Below are positions 37,985 through 47,363 of a stretch of DNA of 61,414 nt, in pieces. Both the position numbers and the translations under genes were made by a program. The stretch covers positions 1-61,414 of the forward strand of contig JBHLPH010000013.1 of the NCBI GenBank assembly GCA_048939625.1. The letters are read 5' to 3'. Source of the DNA: Promethearchaeota archaeon (lineage in GTDB: Archaea > Asgardarchaeota > Hermodarchaeia > Hermodarchaeales > Hermodarchaeaceae). Under the pieces are notes generated by a model. That model searched no databases and was not told where the DNA came from. It was given only the letters and a program-made list of their open reading frames with translations. The first letter of the stretch is position 1, and each line of letters starts with the position of its first letter.

Positions 37985-39163
37985 TCACAACTCCTTCAGT
38001 TGCTGTTGCACAATCTTCCTAATGGCTGTTCCGACCTGTTTCGTTGTGGAGGGGTGAATATCTGCAAATGCTCCTACACACAAATCATAGGTTCGGACTT
38101 GCGTCTCGGTTAAGACCTGAATGACTGCCGTTTCTATGATGGAGGCCGCCTTCGACGCTGCTTTATCCTCGTGTTGTTCTCCAAGCCATTCAAGCATCAT
38201 TTTCGCTGCTAAAATCGCCGCAATCGGGTTTACCCGGCGTTTTCCTGCGTGACGAGGGGCGGATCCATGAATCGGTTCAAACATGGCATGGGTGTCTCCA
38301 ATGTTCCCTCCAGCTGCAACCCCCATCCCGCCTTGGATTCCCGCACCAAGATCCGATATAATGTCTCCGTACATATTCGGGGTCACGACCACATTGTAAT
38401 ATTCAGGACGACGGAGACACCACATCGTCCAGGCATCGATGTAAGCAACATCAGGGATAATTTTGGGAAAGGCTCGTGTTCGTTCCTCGAAAACACGACG
38501 AAAAAGTTGATCACCAATCAACACATTACTCTTATCCACACAAGTAACCCGTTTCTTTCCATCACTCGGAGCACCTTGCGTTCGTTTCAGAGCTAAGTTA
38601 ATGGCATACTGAATGACCCGTTCAGACCCCAAGCGCGAGATAGGTCGCATATCAATCGCTAGCTCCTCGCGTTCGTTTTCACCATAATGTTTACCAATCC
38701 CCGCATACAACCCCTCCGTGTTTTCTCGGATAATCACGAAATTGATTTCTTCAGGTTGTTTATCGGCTAGCGGGGTGGGAACGCCTTGGTACAATTTCAC
38801 GGGTCTCACATTAGCATATAATTCAAGTTCGCGTCGCTGACCTAATACCACAGCTGCACCCGCAAGTTGTCCATCATCACGGCGCACCGGCTCTCCTGGA
38901 GATTTCTCCCACCCAACAGCACCTAAGAGAATTGCATTGGCTTCTTGTTTGGAGAAGACTTCAGCTTCTCCTGGCCATTCCACACCGGTGTCCAAGAAGT
39001 ATTTACCCCCACAGGGGAATTCGTGAAAAGATAGATTTAAGCCAGAAATATCTGCTGAAACGGTTTTTAATATTTTAACAGCTTCTTGAATGACTTCAGG
39101 TCCAATCCCATCGCCTGGTAACACTTGAATCTTATACGTGCGTACCACAGGAATCCGTTCCAC
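37985..39163 (-). CDS. Isocitrate/isopropylmalate (beta-decarboxylating) dehydrogenase family protein
   Basis: [30 protein letters not shown] and FEPIHGSAP motifs. Confidence 0.9.
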   Translation of the reverse strand: MERIPVVRTYKIQVLPGDGIGPEVIQEAVKILKTVSADISGLNLSFHEFPCGGKYFLDTGVEWPGEAEVFSKQEANAILLGAVGWEKSPGEPVRRDDGQLAGAAVVLGQRRELELYANVRPVKLYQGVPTPLADKQPEEINFVIIRENTEGLYAGIGKHYGENEREELAIDMRPISRLGSERVIQYAINLALKRTQGAPSDGKKRVTCVDKSNVLIGDQLFRRVFEERTRAFPKIIPDVAYIDAWTMWCLRRPEYYNVVVTPNMYGDIISDLGAGIQGGMGVAAGGNIGDTHAMFEPIHGSAPRHAGKRRVNPIAAILAAKMMLEWLGEQHEDKAASKAASIIETAVIQVLTETQVRTYDLCVGAFADIHPSTTKQVGTAIRKIVQQQLKEL

Positions 39164-39251
39164 GAATCCTGTTGACTTTCAGCTATACAAAGTTTCCGGC
39201 TCACACAGTTGAATTAGAGGCGAGCTTTTTTCAATAAAAGTTATTGAATGC

Positions 39252-39368
39252 TCACTTATTGAAAACGTCATCATCATCCACAAATATTTCTTGCAGCCTT
39301 TGGCAAGTTCCACAAAGTTTTCCCTTTTGAATAGCTTCTCCACAGACAATGCATTTGTTTTCAGTCAA
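39252..39368 (-). CDS. 38-aa Zn-finger microprotein (MTENKCIVCGEAIQKGKLCGTCQRLQEIFVDDDDVFNK)
   Basis: TTG start with GGTGG 10 nt upstream; two CxxC pairs; below the ORF-track size cutoff. Confidence 0.6.
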   Translation of the reverse strand: MTENKCIVCGEAIQKGKLCGTCQRLQEIFVDDDDVFNK

Positions 39369-39447
39369 AATTCTAAATCCACCGATTCTAGAATATCTAA
39401 TTTGTTCTCTTCTGCAGTTCTCTTTTTGACCTGAAATGTCTGGAATC

Positions 39448-40665
39448 TTATTCTAGGGCTTCCTCAACAAATTGAATCAAATCCACCATTTTCAGTTTGG
39501 ATCCGCTCTTTTCAATTGCTAACTGAAGGCTAGTCTCGCAGAATGGACATGCACTGACAAGGTGGGTTGCTCCGGTGTCTTCAGCTTCTTTAATGCGTTC
39601 GATGGAGGTGTCGAGGGTCCAATCGGGGAATTGTGCGCGGGCACCGCCACCAGCTCCGCAACACCAGGCATTTTCTTTGTTACGAGGCATTTCTACAAAA
39701 TTGTCTCCCAGAAGTGTTCGAAGGATTCTCCGAGGTACTTCAAACCATTCAGCCTTCTCTTTTCGGTTCTTGATGAGGTGGGCGACATGACGTCCGTAAT
39801 GGCAGGGATCGTGGTAGGTGGCATTGATTCCTTTGAGTGGCTTGAGCTTCGCTTTTCCGGCTTCAAGGAGTTCAGCGATGTAGTTTACGCTATGCTTAAC
39901 TTCAAAGGGTAAGGGACCATAATATTTTGGCCAGTCCCGTTTCATGGTGCGGAAACAACCGGCACAGGAGGAAACAACCACCTTGGCGCCGGAATTCTTG
40001 AAAAGCTCGACGTTATGTTTAACGTAATCGTTGACCAACTCTGTTTTTCCCACCCGAATCAACGGGGAACAACAACACCATTCATCCTCTTTCACTGTCA
40101 TATCGGCACCCAGCTTATTCATGACCCGCATTGTGGAGATTGCAAGTTCCTGCAACCGATAGGAGGCAGTACACCCAACAAAATAAATTACGTCAGCTTT
40201 CTCTTTAAGCTTGAATTCTTTGGGGACCCAGGCTGTTCGGTTGGCATGCTCCTCGTTATAGGGGTTCCGTTTAATTTCGGTAGCCTTTGAGTATCCAATT
40301 TGTTTATCTAACGGGCCAACACCGGCTTTCACGGCTTCCGCCCGCATGGCTTCAATGATATCCACTGTTGGTAACTCGTTTTCACATTGCTCTTCGCATT
40401 GACCACAAGTGGAACAACGAAAGAGCATGTCACCGATGTCTTTGTCAAGTTTATAATTACCATTAAGAATTGCTCGTGCAAGCCATAACTTGGCTCCACC
40501 ACTGTATGCTTCCCATTCCATAGCGCTCCATGCAGGGCATCCTACTTCAAAGCCACCTTTGGGGTTAGCGGCATCCGCAATGGTACAAGCTTTGCAGTGT
40601 ATACACCGAGCGATTTCCAGCTCAAAGTCTTTGAGTTCGGTTTTGGGTTTTTCAGATTCGGTCAT
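39448..40665 (-). CDS. GlcF/HdrD-like Fe-S oxidoreductase (ferredoxin domain plus two CCG domains)
   Basis: CIHCKAC, CSTCGQCEEQC, YFVGC, WCCCSP, YHDPCHYGR, CCGAGGG and ACPFC motifs. Confidence 0.9.
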   Translation of the reverse strand: MTESEKPKTELKDFELEIARCIHCKACTIADAANPKGGFEVGCPAWSAMEWEAYSGGAKLWLARAILNGNYKLDKDIGDMLFRCSTCGQCEEQCENELPTVDIIEAMRAEAVKAGVGPLDKQIGYSKATEIKRNPYNEEHANRTAWVPKEFKLKEKADVIYFVGCTASYRLQELAISTMRVMNKLGADMTVKEDEWCCCSPLIRVGKTELVNDYVKHNVELFKNSGAKVVVSSCAGCFRTMKRDWPKYYGPLPFEVKHSVNYIAELLEAGKAKLKPLKGINATYHDPCHYGRHVAHLIKNRKEKAEWFEVPRRILRTLLGDNFVEMPRNKENAWCCGAGGGARAQFPDWTLDTSIERIKEAEDTGATHLVSACPFCETSLQLAIEKSGSKLKMVDLIQFVEEALE

Positions 40666-40792
40666 GATGCTGATCCTCCAAGTGAGAAGGAGAATTGATG
40701 TGTTTCACATATGTTAGCCCCTTTTACAGTTTGCCTTTTTTCGAAAAATTCACGGTGTTAAATCTGGTTAACCTGAATCCTCAAACACTTTT

Positions 40793-41437
40793 TTAGGCAT
40801 CTGGGGCTTCCTTGTTTAAAATTGCCGAGAAGATAAAGATAACAAAGAACAATACGGTCAGCGCAATCACGATTATTGAAAGAATATCGCTAGCTGGACC
40901 CCAAGCAAACTGCGATAAGATAATTAACAGCACGATTACTGCAAGAGAAGGAATTCCAACGGTTAGGAAAAGTTCGCCTTCTACGAAAAATGATCTCTCT
41001 ATAAGTTGATGATATCGTGAACCTAGGTAAAAACTCAGAGCTGCGCTAAAGAAGGTGAAAAATGAGGAGGGAATTAGAAACAAACTTTCCCAGCGGTTCA
41101 CTGTAAGAAAATCAGAAAATTGATCAATCCCCATTAAAAGGAATGCGCTCGCTCCTAGGAGAAATGCTACTAACAGGCCAACTCCACAGCCAAAGAAGTT
41201 TCGTCCTCTGCTTATTTCTTTCTCAACTTGTTTTTCAATTTGTAATGTCCGGTAAATGGCAAAACCAAAAACCAGGATAAGTGACCCCACAATAAGTATA
41301 ATCAAGTCCACAGAAGCCACCGTTAGTCCCAGTAGAGCGACTCCTATGTAGCTAATACCGAGGAGTACACTAAACACTCCCAGAAGTCGAACGCGAAAAA
41401 TCGTGCGAGTGGATGGCTCTTGCGCTTTGTCCTGCAT
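40793..41437 (-). CDS. Six-TM membrane protein of unknown function
   Basis: Hydrophobic helical segments across the ORF. Confidence 0.65.
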   Translation of the reverse strand: MQDKAQEPSTRTIFRVRLLGVFSVLLGISYIGVALLGLTVASVDLIILIVGSLILVFGFAIYRTLQIEKQVEKEISRGRNFFGCGVGLLVAFLLGASAFLLMGIDQFSDFLTVNRWESLFLIPSSFFTFFSAALSFYLGSRYHQLIERSFFVEGELFLTVGIPSLAVIVLLIILSQFAWGPASDILSIIVIALTVLFFVIFIFSAILNKEAPDA

Positions 41438-41550
41438 GGTGTCGCATCAACCGGCTATTAATGAACAACTCCCTCAGGAATATTGCCTTATCAATCCTGC
41501 GCCTTTTTCTGGCATCCTTTTTTCGGGTTCAATACACTGAGGGTTTAGGT

Positions 41551-42045
41551 TTAATACCAACCCACGTTGGTTCCACACACATGGCAGTATTGATCAACGC
41601 GATCAAGGTCAGCGCCACAATTCACGCATTTCTTGGTACCCACATTTCTAGGTGGTACCAAGTAGGCAGTACCATGGGATGATGATGGCGATTGCACATA
41701 TCGCAAGTCATAGTAACGTTCTGTGGATGGGGCTGGGCCAGAACTTGCTACTAAGGCACCTGCAACGATCAGTAAAATGCCACCAATGAGAAAGATAAAG
41801 ATCAGGCTAATAATGCCTGAAATGATGAGCAGGGCGCCTGCTGACCCGCGGTTTCCCTTTGGAATATCGCTATACGCAATAATAGGTAGTACGATTCCTA
41901 CGACGAACCAAATCATCGTGAGAAACATGTAAGGGAAAAAGACAAGAGAAAGCAGGAATTCAAAGAGCAGGATAAATCCGTTACACACAATTCCGATAAT
42001 AGTTAGCGTTTGTGCACTATCATGAGTTCCCATTTTCTTAACCAT
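41551..42045 (-). CDS. Membrane protein with C-terminal Zn ribbon
   Basis: Three to four TM helices followed by CVNCG...YCHVCG. Confidence 0.75.
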   Translation of the reverse strand: MVKKMGTHDSAQTLTIIGIVCNGFILLFEFLLSLVFFPYMFLTMIWFVVGIVLPIIAYSDIPKGNRGSAGALLIISGIISLIFIFLIGGILLIVAGALVASSGPAPSTERYYDLRYVQSPSSSHGTAYLVPPRNVGTKKCVNCGADLDRVDQYCHVCGTNVGWY

Positions 42046-42164
42046 ACCTCAACATGGACCGATGTCCAAGTAATCCCTCAAGGAACGGGCTGAAAAATAT
42101 TTGCAGGTTATACCTAAAATGGGCTGCGATAGCGGCAATAAATCAAAGGAACGATTTGATGTTT

Positions 42165-43634
42165 CTAGACCTCAAGTCGCCCAGGATGCATGATGTTATT
42201 CGGATCCCACAGGGCTTTGAGCTCCTTAAGCATCTTCACATACTCAGGCATCAAGGGGCGCATTGCTGGCCAATGAATGAATGCGTTCGGACGATAGTTA
42301 AGCCAACCTTTCTTGTGGGCAATCTCAGTGAAGTGCTTGTCCCAAGCTTCTGCTTGTTCATAACCCTTCTCAGTTCGACTATCGAATGTGACAATAGGCA
42401 TTGAGATACACTGCCTGCCCTGCTCGATACTCGCCACCCATTGAACTGGGGGAATGTCGAATTTCTCCATGGTTTCAACGGAGATGCGAGAGATTTCAGC
42501 ACAATCCTTCCAGGGACAGTACCAGGTAATGAAGACAAAGCCTGCCCGGTGCATGGCATAAGGAACTGCGATGAGATTGGGTTTGGTCAGGCGGACCGCC
42601 TTAGCACGGGGGTGGAGCTCCATTGGGTCCGCTTTTTCGTCTGTGTCACGGATTTTCTTGGCTTCTTCCTCGATGATATCCATTTGGCTTTCCATTTCTT
42701 TCTCAGTGTGAGCCCAAAGTTCATAATTCATGAGCCATTCAGGAATGTAGTATTTCTTTTCTCGCCATTCTTCAATGGTAGTGGGGACCTCTCGTTCATC
42801 TTTTCGGCTAGGAACTAGCCACCAGTTGCCCCCTTGCACCATGACTCCCACTTCTTTTTTCAGCACAGCCATTGAGTGATTTTGCATGGCTTCAGGTGTA
42901 TCATAATCGTAAGCAACCAGATCAATATAGGGTGGGTGAGGAATGATTCGGATGGCGGCTTTGGTGATGATGCCCATGGTTCCTTGGGCTCCGAGGAATA
43001 ATCCGGTAAAGTCGGGTCCTGGTCCCCACGGGTAGAAAGGCTTGAAGTTTTTCAGCGCCCAGCTTCCAGTGTAGATGAGTTCACCACGTGGAAGGATAAC
43101 TTCCAAGCCATTAATCATCCGTCCTTGAGGGCCATACTTGCTGGTGACCAGGCTAAACCCCCTTTCAAGAGCATCCCCGATGAGGGTCGCACGAGGTGGT
43201 GCCCCATCAGGAACAGGAGGTGCCCATTCTGGGTGGTGCTTCCGAAAATATGCCCAAACCTGACCAGCGGTAACACCTGCTTCTACGATAACGTATCGAG
43301 CATCTTCATCGACTTCGATGATCTTATTCATCCGAACTAGGTCAAGGATGATGCCTTCAGGCTTCAATGGTTGCGCGTATCCACCACTCAGCCCTCCAGA
43401 ATAGGGGCTAATGGGGATTTTGTACTTGTTGCAAAGTGTGACGATTTCAAGGGTTTCATCTCGGTTCGCTGGTTTCACAATGGCTTCCGCGACTGCTGCG
43501 CGAATACCCATCACGGACCGGGCCATGTAGCTGTGACGCATTGCTAGGTTAGTAGTAAGGTGTTCAGAACCAAGAATTTTGGTGGCTTCATCAACGAATT
43601 TATCAATATTACTGGACACACTGGACGCCTCCAT
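42165..43634 (-). CDS. FAD-binding oxidoreductase (GlcD/VAO family)
   Basis: IVKP, ILDLVRMNKI, VEAGVT, GAQGTMGIITK and DPNNIMHPG motifs. Confidence 0.9.
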   Translation of the reverse strand: MEASSVSSNIDKFVDEATKILGSEHLTTNLAMRHSYMARSVMGIRAAVAEAIVKPANRDETLEIVTLCNKYKIPISPYSGGLSGGYAQPLKPEGIILDLVRMNKIIEVDEDARYVIVEAGVTAGQVWAYFRKHHPEWAPPVPDGAPPRATLIGDALERGFSLVTSKYGPQGRMINGLEVILPRGELIYTGSWALKNFKPFYPWGPGPDFTGLFLGAQGTMGIITKAAIRIIPHPPYIDLVAYDYDTPEAMQNHSMAVLKKEVGVMVQGGNWWLVPSRKDEREVPTTIEEWREKKYYIPEWLMNYELWAHTEKEMESQMDIIEEEAKKIRDTDEKADPMELHPRAKAVRLTKPNLIAVPYAMHRAGFVFITWYCPWKDCAEISRISVETMEKFDIPPVQWVASIEQGRQCISMPIVTFDSRTEKGYEQAEAWDKHFTEIAHKKGWLNYRPNAFIHWPAMRPLMPEYVKMLKELKALWDPNNIMHPGRLEV

Positions 43635-43921
43635 ACAGGAATTAGGATTTGTTGCGGTGAAGGTGTGACAGCCTGTACATAAGCGTTACAGTCGTTAGGC
43701 TTTTCGTCCTCAAGGGGATTTAGATTCAACGAGTGCACTTGTCTAGCGGAAACGGTTACAAACATCTAAAAAAACTAGCATCTTTGTCAACAAAAGCAGG
43801 CTGGAATATCTTTCTGAACAGCAACAGTATATAAGGCAAAAGCACGCGTTAAGACAAGTTCAATCGTCATGCGACAAGGAACACAATTCCTTGGCAAACT
43901 CACTGGATTTGAGGTAATAGT

Positions 43922-46240
43922 ATGGGAATCTTCAGCACCTTCCTTCACCTGCAATGGTACGAACAAGTAGCAATTCTCCTAGTTATCGTCGCGGCGATTA
44001 TTAGCTTAATTTATGCCGTCTGGCTTCGCCGTGACGTTCTTAAAAACGACAAAGGTACCAAGAAAATGCAAGAAGTGTGGACTGCCATCAAAGATGGCGC
44101 GCACGCATACCTGCGCAAACAATTGCGAACCATCCTACCAATTATTGCCTTTCTCACCATTGTGCTCTTTTTCACTGTTTATATCGTCCCACCTAGCCTC
44201 GAAGCTCTCGAAGTTTTTCCTCCAAGCGAGGGATATACCTACCAGCAGGTCCAACTCGTCATTGCCACTGGTCGTGCAATCGCCTTTGTGGCAGGTGCCC
44301 TCAGCTCCCTTGCCGTCGGACAACTTGGCATGCGAATTGCGATTGAATCCAATATCCGGGTTGCGTCCGCCTCAGGACGAAGCTACCGTGAAGCCCTGAA
44401 AATCGCCTACCATGGCGGCACATTCACCGGTATGCTCACTGACGGCCTCGGGCTCCTCGGTGGCACCACCATCTTTATTGCCTTTGGCATCTCCGCCCCC
44501 GACGCTCTCCTTGGCTTCGGTTTTGGTGGCACCCTACTCGCCCTCTTCATGCGAATTGGCGGCGGAATCTATACCAAAGCTGCCGATGTCGGCGCCGACC
44601 TCGTCGGCAAAGTCGAAGCCGGACTTCCCGAAGACGATCCCCGCAATGCTGCTGTCATCGCTGACCTCGTCGGAGACAATGTCGGCGATTGTGCGGGGAT
44701 GGCAGCCGACATCTTCGAATCCTACGAAGTCACCATCGTCTCTGCCCTCATCCTCGGCGTTGCACTCTATGTGATCACGGGGCAAATCTTCTGGATTATC
44801 TTTCCTCTCGTCGTCCGAGCCATAGGCGTCATTAGCAGCATCATCGGTACCTTTATGGTTGCTGTCTGGAAAACCGAGAAAGCTGAAAAAGCCATGTTCT
44901 ACAGCTACGAAGTCAGTAGCGCTTTCACAATCACCGTTTCCTGTGTCTTCGCCTACCTCTATACTGGCGATATCCGCCTCGGCATCCTCGTTGCCATCGG
45001 CGTCCTCCTCGCTGTCAGCTTCAACCCCCTCACCAACTACTTCACTAGTCACCGCCATCGACCCGTCGAAGAAATCGTCGAACAAGCCCACGGCGGACCA
45101 GCCACTATTGTCCTCAGTGGTATCAGCACCGGCTACGAAGCCGCTGTTTGGATCCTCCTTGTCATCGTCGCCACCTTCATCGCTGCATTCCTCATTGCCC
45201 CCGAATACGTCCTCTTTGGCATCGCCCTTATCGGCATCGGAATGCTGAGTCATACCGGAAATAACGTGGCTATGGATAGCTATGGTCCGATTGCCGATAA
45301 TGCGGGAGGGATTGCGGAGCTGACGGATATGCCAGAGAAGTCACGGAAAATTTTGGCGGATTTAGATGCGGTTGGGAATACAACGAAGGCGATTACGAAG
45401 AATGTGGCAATTGCGTCAGCAGTGATTGCAGCCAGTGCGTTGTTTTATAGTTTCGTAGTGGATGTGGCTCGGGCAGCAGCCGCTGCTGGGCTGCCTAATC
45501 CTTTAGCAATGGGTATTCGAATAGACAATCCGCTGGTATTGTCTGGATTGTTGATTGGAGCGGCGCTGCCATGGTTGTTTTCCGCATTAGCTATTCGCGC
45601 CGTGAGTCGCGCGTCCACGCAGATTATCGAAGAAGTGCGTGACCAGTTCCAAATTCCTGGAGTGATGGAGGGTACAGTGAAGCCTCATTATGACCGGGTG
45701 GTCTCCATTACGACGGCTGCTGCACAAAAGGAGCTGGTTAGCTTGACGATTCTTTCAGTGATTACGCCGATTGTGATTGGTCTCCTGCTACAGGTTGAAG
45801 CCTTGGGTGGCTTTCTCGCAGGATTGATTGCGTCTGGGTTACTGCTAGCTGTGTACATGTCGGTGGCAGGGGGTGCTTGGGATAATGCGAAGAAGTTCAT
45901 CGAAGACGAGGTCTGTGCACCGGAACTAGGAACTGGAAAAGGCTCGGAACGTCATAAAGCCGCGGTTTGTGGCGATACAATTGGTGATCCACTAAAAGAT
46001 ACGGCTGGTCCAGCTTTGAATCCGATGATTAAAGTGGTGAACCTGATTAGCTTGATTACGGCACCGATTCTGATTCTTTATCGGTTCTACAATCCAGGAT
46101 GGCCACCAGATCCGAATGTGCTGATGTGGAATTACATCATTGGTGTTGTCGTCATCGTTCTGTTGGCATTGTTAGTTTGGGCGTTCCGTCGGAGCCGTCG
46201 GTCGATACCACCATTAGCTCAATGGGAAAGTCGTGATTAA
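43922..46240 (+). CDS. hppA: Membrane-integral pyrophosphatase, probably K+-independent H+-PPase
   Basis: GGIYTKAADVGADLVGKVE, EDDPRN, DNVGDCAG and GDPLKDT motifs; GNTTKA carries Lys at the K+-dependence determinant. Confidence 0.95.
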   Translation: MGIFSTFLHLQWYEQVAILLVIVAAIISLIYAVWLRRDVLKNDKGTKKMQEVWTAIKDGAHAYLRKQLRTILPIIAFLTIVLFFTVYIVPPSLEALEVFPPSEGYTYQQVQLVIATGRAIAFVAGALSSLAVGQLGMRIAIESNIRVASASGRSYREALKIAYHGGTFTGMLTDGLGLLGGTTIFIAFGISAPDALLGFGFGGTLLALFMRIGGGIYTKAADVGADLVGKVEAGLPEDDPRNAAVIADLVGDNVGDCAGMAADIFESYEVTIVSALILGVALYVITGQIFWIIFPLVVRAIGVISSIIGTFMVAVWKTEKAEKAMFYSYEVSSAFTITVSCVFAYLYTGDIRLGILVAIGVLLAVSFNPLTNYFTSHRHRPVEEIVEQAHGGPATIVLSGISTGYEAAVWILLVIVATFIAAFLIAPEYVLFGIALIGIGMLSHTGNNVAMDSYGPIADNAGGIAELTDMPEKSRKILADLDAVGNTTKAITKNVAIASAVIAASALFYSFVVDVARAAAAAGLPNPLAMGIRIDNPLVLSGLLIGAALPWLFSALAIRAVSRASTQIIEEVRDQFQIPGVMEGTVKPHYDRVVSITTAAAQKELVSLTILSVITPIVIGLLLQVEALGGFLAGLIASGLLLAVYMSVAGGAWDNAKKFIEDEVCAPELGTGKGSERHKAAVCGDTIGDPLKDTAGPALNPMIKVVNLISLITAPILILYRFYNPGWPPDPNVLMWNYIIGVVVIVLLALLVWAFRRSRRSIPPLAQWESRD

Positions 46241-46525
46241 GCATAAACTGCTATCAACTCAAATCTTCGCTACTTCGTTATCTGTTCAGATGGTAGTGAC
46301 TTAGTCGTCTTCAGAAGTGAGGGCTCGGATTTTAGCTTGGTTCTGGCGGATTTGTTCAGCTTTATATTTAGCCAGCCATTGGCGGACCATCTGTTCAATC
46401 CAAGATAACGGCATCAAGCCCACTCCGTGAACCAGTTTTTCAGTATTCTGGTTTAAATTAAAAAGCCTTACTCAGAGGTTCTAGAAATAAGAGGGATAAA
46501 AAGCATATAGATTTCTGGGTTAAAC

Positions 46526-46735
46526 ATGTCCAATCCTTACCTGGTTCAAATTGAAGACATATTACGTGGGAAAATCCAACTAGATAACATCTCGTCAGAA
46601 TATATCATAGTAGGTTCAAAGAGACCCGACACACTAGCTGAAGGAATTAATCACATGGCAAAATTTGGTTGGCGGCCTATCGGAATTGCCAGCCAGGAGC
46701 GTTCGTGGGTTTGCTTAATGCAACGAGTTGAATAG
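46526..46735 (+). CDS. Small hypothetical protein (DUF4177-like pattern)
   Basis: INHMAKFGWRPIGI...CLMQR pattern. Confidence 0.55.
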   Translation: MSNPYLVQIEDILRGKIQLDNISSEYIIVGSKRPDTLAEGINHMAKFGWRPIGIASQERSWVCLMQRVE

Positions 46736-46824
46736 AACATAATCCCCACTGGCTTGGTCACGAAACGGAACACCCAAAAGCAATAATCTCATAATCATAT
46801 TTGATAAAATTTGAGGAACTGGAT

Positions 46825-47004
46825 ATGTTCTCACAACCTAAGATAGTAATTCTGTTAATTTTCATGGGAATTGTGTTTATGGCTGCTGGGTTTGGGTTAT
46901 TGTTGATTCCACTACTTGGTACACACTCGACTGTGGCATCCATCTTTTTATTAGCGGTTGGGGTTGTTGCACTTTTAGTGGCAGGGTGTTTAAGTCGTAG
47001 ATAG
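46825..47004 (+). CDS. Small two-TM membrane protein
   Basis: GAGGA SD before ATG 46825; two hydrophobic helices. Confidence 0.5.
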   Translation: MFSQPKIVILLIFMGIVFMAAGFGLLLIPLLGTHSTVASIFLLAVGVVALLVAGCLSRR

Positions 47005-47088
47005 CTCTCTCAGCAGTGCCAGTAAACCCTGTGTCTTCACACACAGCTAGTTTTTCCTTTATTCTCCTCACTGAGTGGGTTCTGTGAG

Positions 47089-47200
47089 GCATCAACCAGT
47101 GCATTGGCGGATTAGACACCTCGGAGAAAATTACATCGGAGAGGGAATGGTTTTCTAGGGGGGAGAGAGGTGCCAAATTTCTCGCCGCACTAGTGATTCC
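47089..47200 (-). ncRNA. Candidate structured non-coding RNA, copy 2
   Basis: Stems ACUAGUGC/GCACUGGU, GGCG/CGCC and GGCACCUC/GAGGUGUC; same 28-nt core as 17661-17688; TCATATAA upstream on the - strand. Confidence 0.6.
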
Positions 47201-47363
47201 AGCAGAAACCAAGTTCTCGCTAGACCAATCCTTATATGAAAAGGCATTCGTGAAATATAAAGGTATATTGTTACATTCACACCTCTGTTATTGTCAGCAC
47301 GAACTACAAACTTTTAAGCGGGTTTCCTAACTAGTCGCCTCACCCATTCTGAGGCTGATATTA

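Noticed and set aside
39252-39368. Microprotein as a LysW carrier for the adjacent aconitase/dehydrogenase genes
   Set aside because: It lacks the C-terminal EDWGE motif and is too short
44534-45253. 239-aa acidic antisense ORF inside hppA (likewise 47628-48356 and other shadow ORFs in the track)
   Set aside because: By-product of codon bias on the opposite strand of well-supported genes; no motifs
17661-47165. The 28-bp repeat as a CRISPR repeat or IS end
   Set aside because: Only two isolated copies, with no spacers, cas genes, transposase or target-site duplication seen
46877-47212. 111-aa minus-strand ORF spanning RNA copy 2
   Set aside because: No protein-like motifs, it overlaps a plausible + strand gene, and copy 1 has no equivalent ORF of this length
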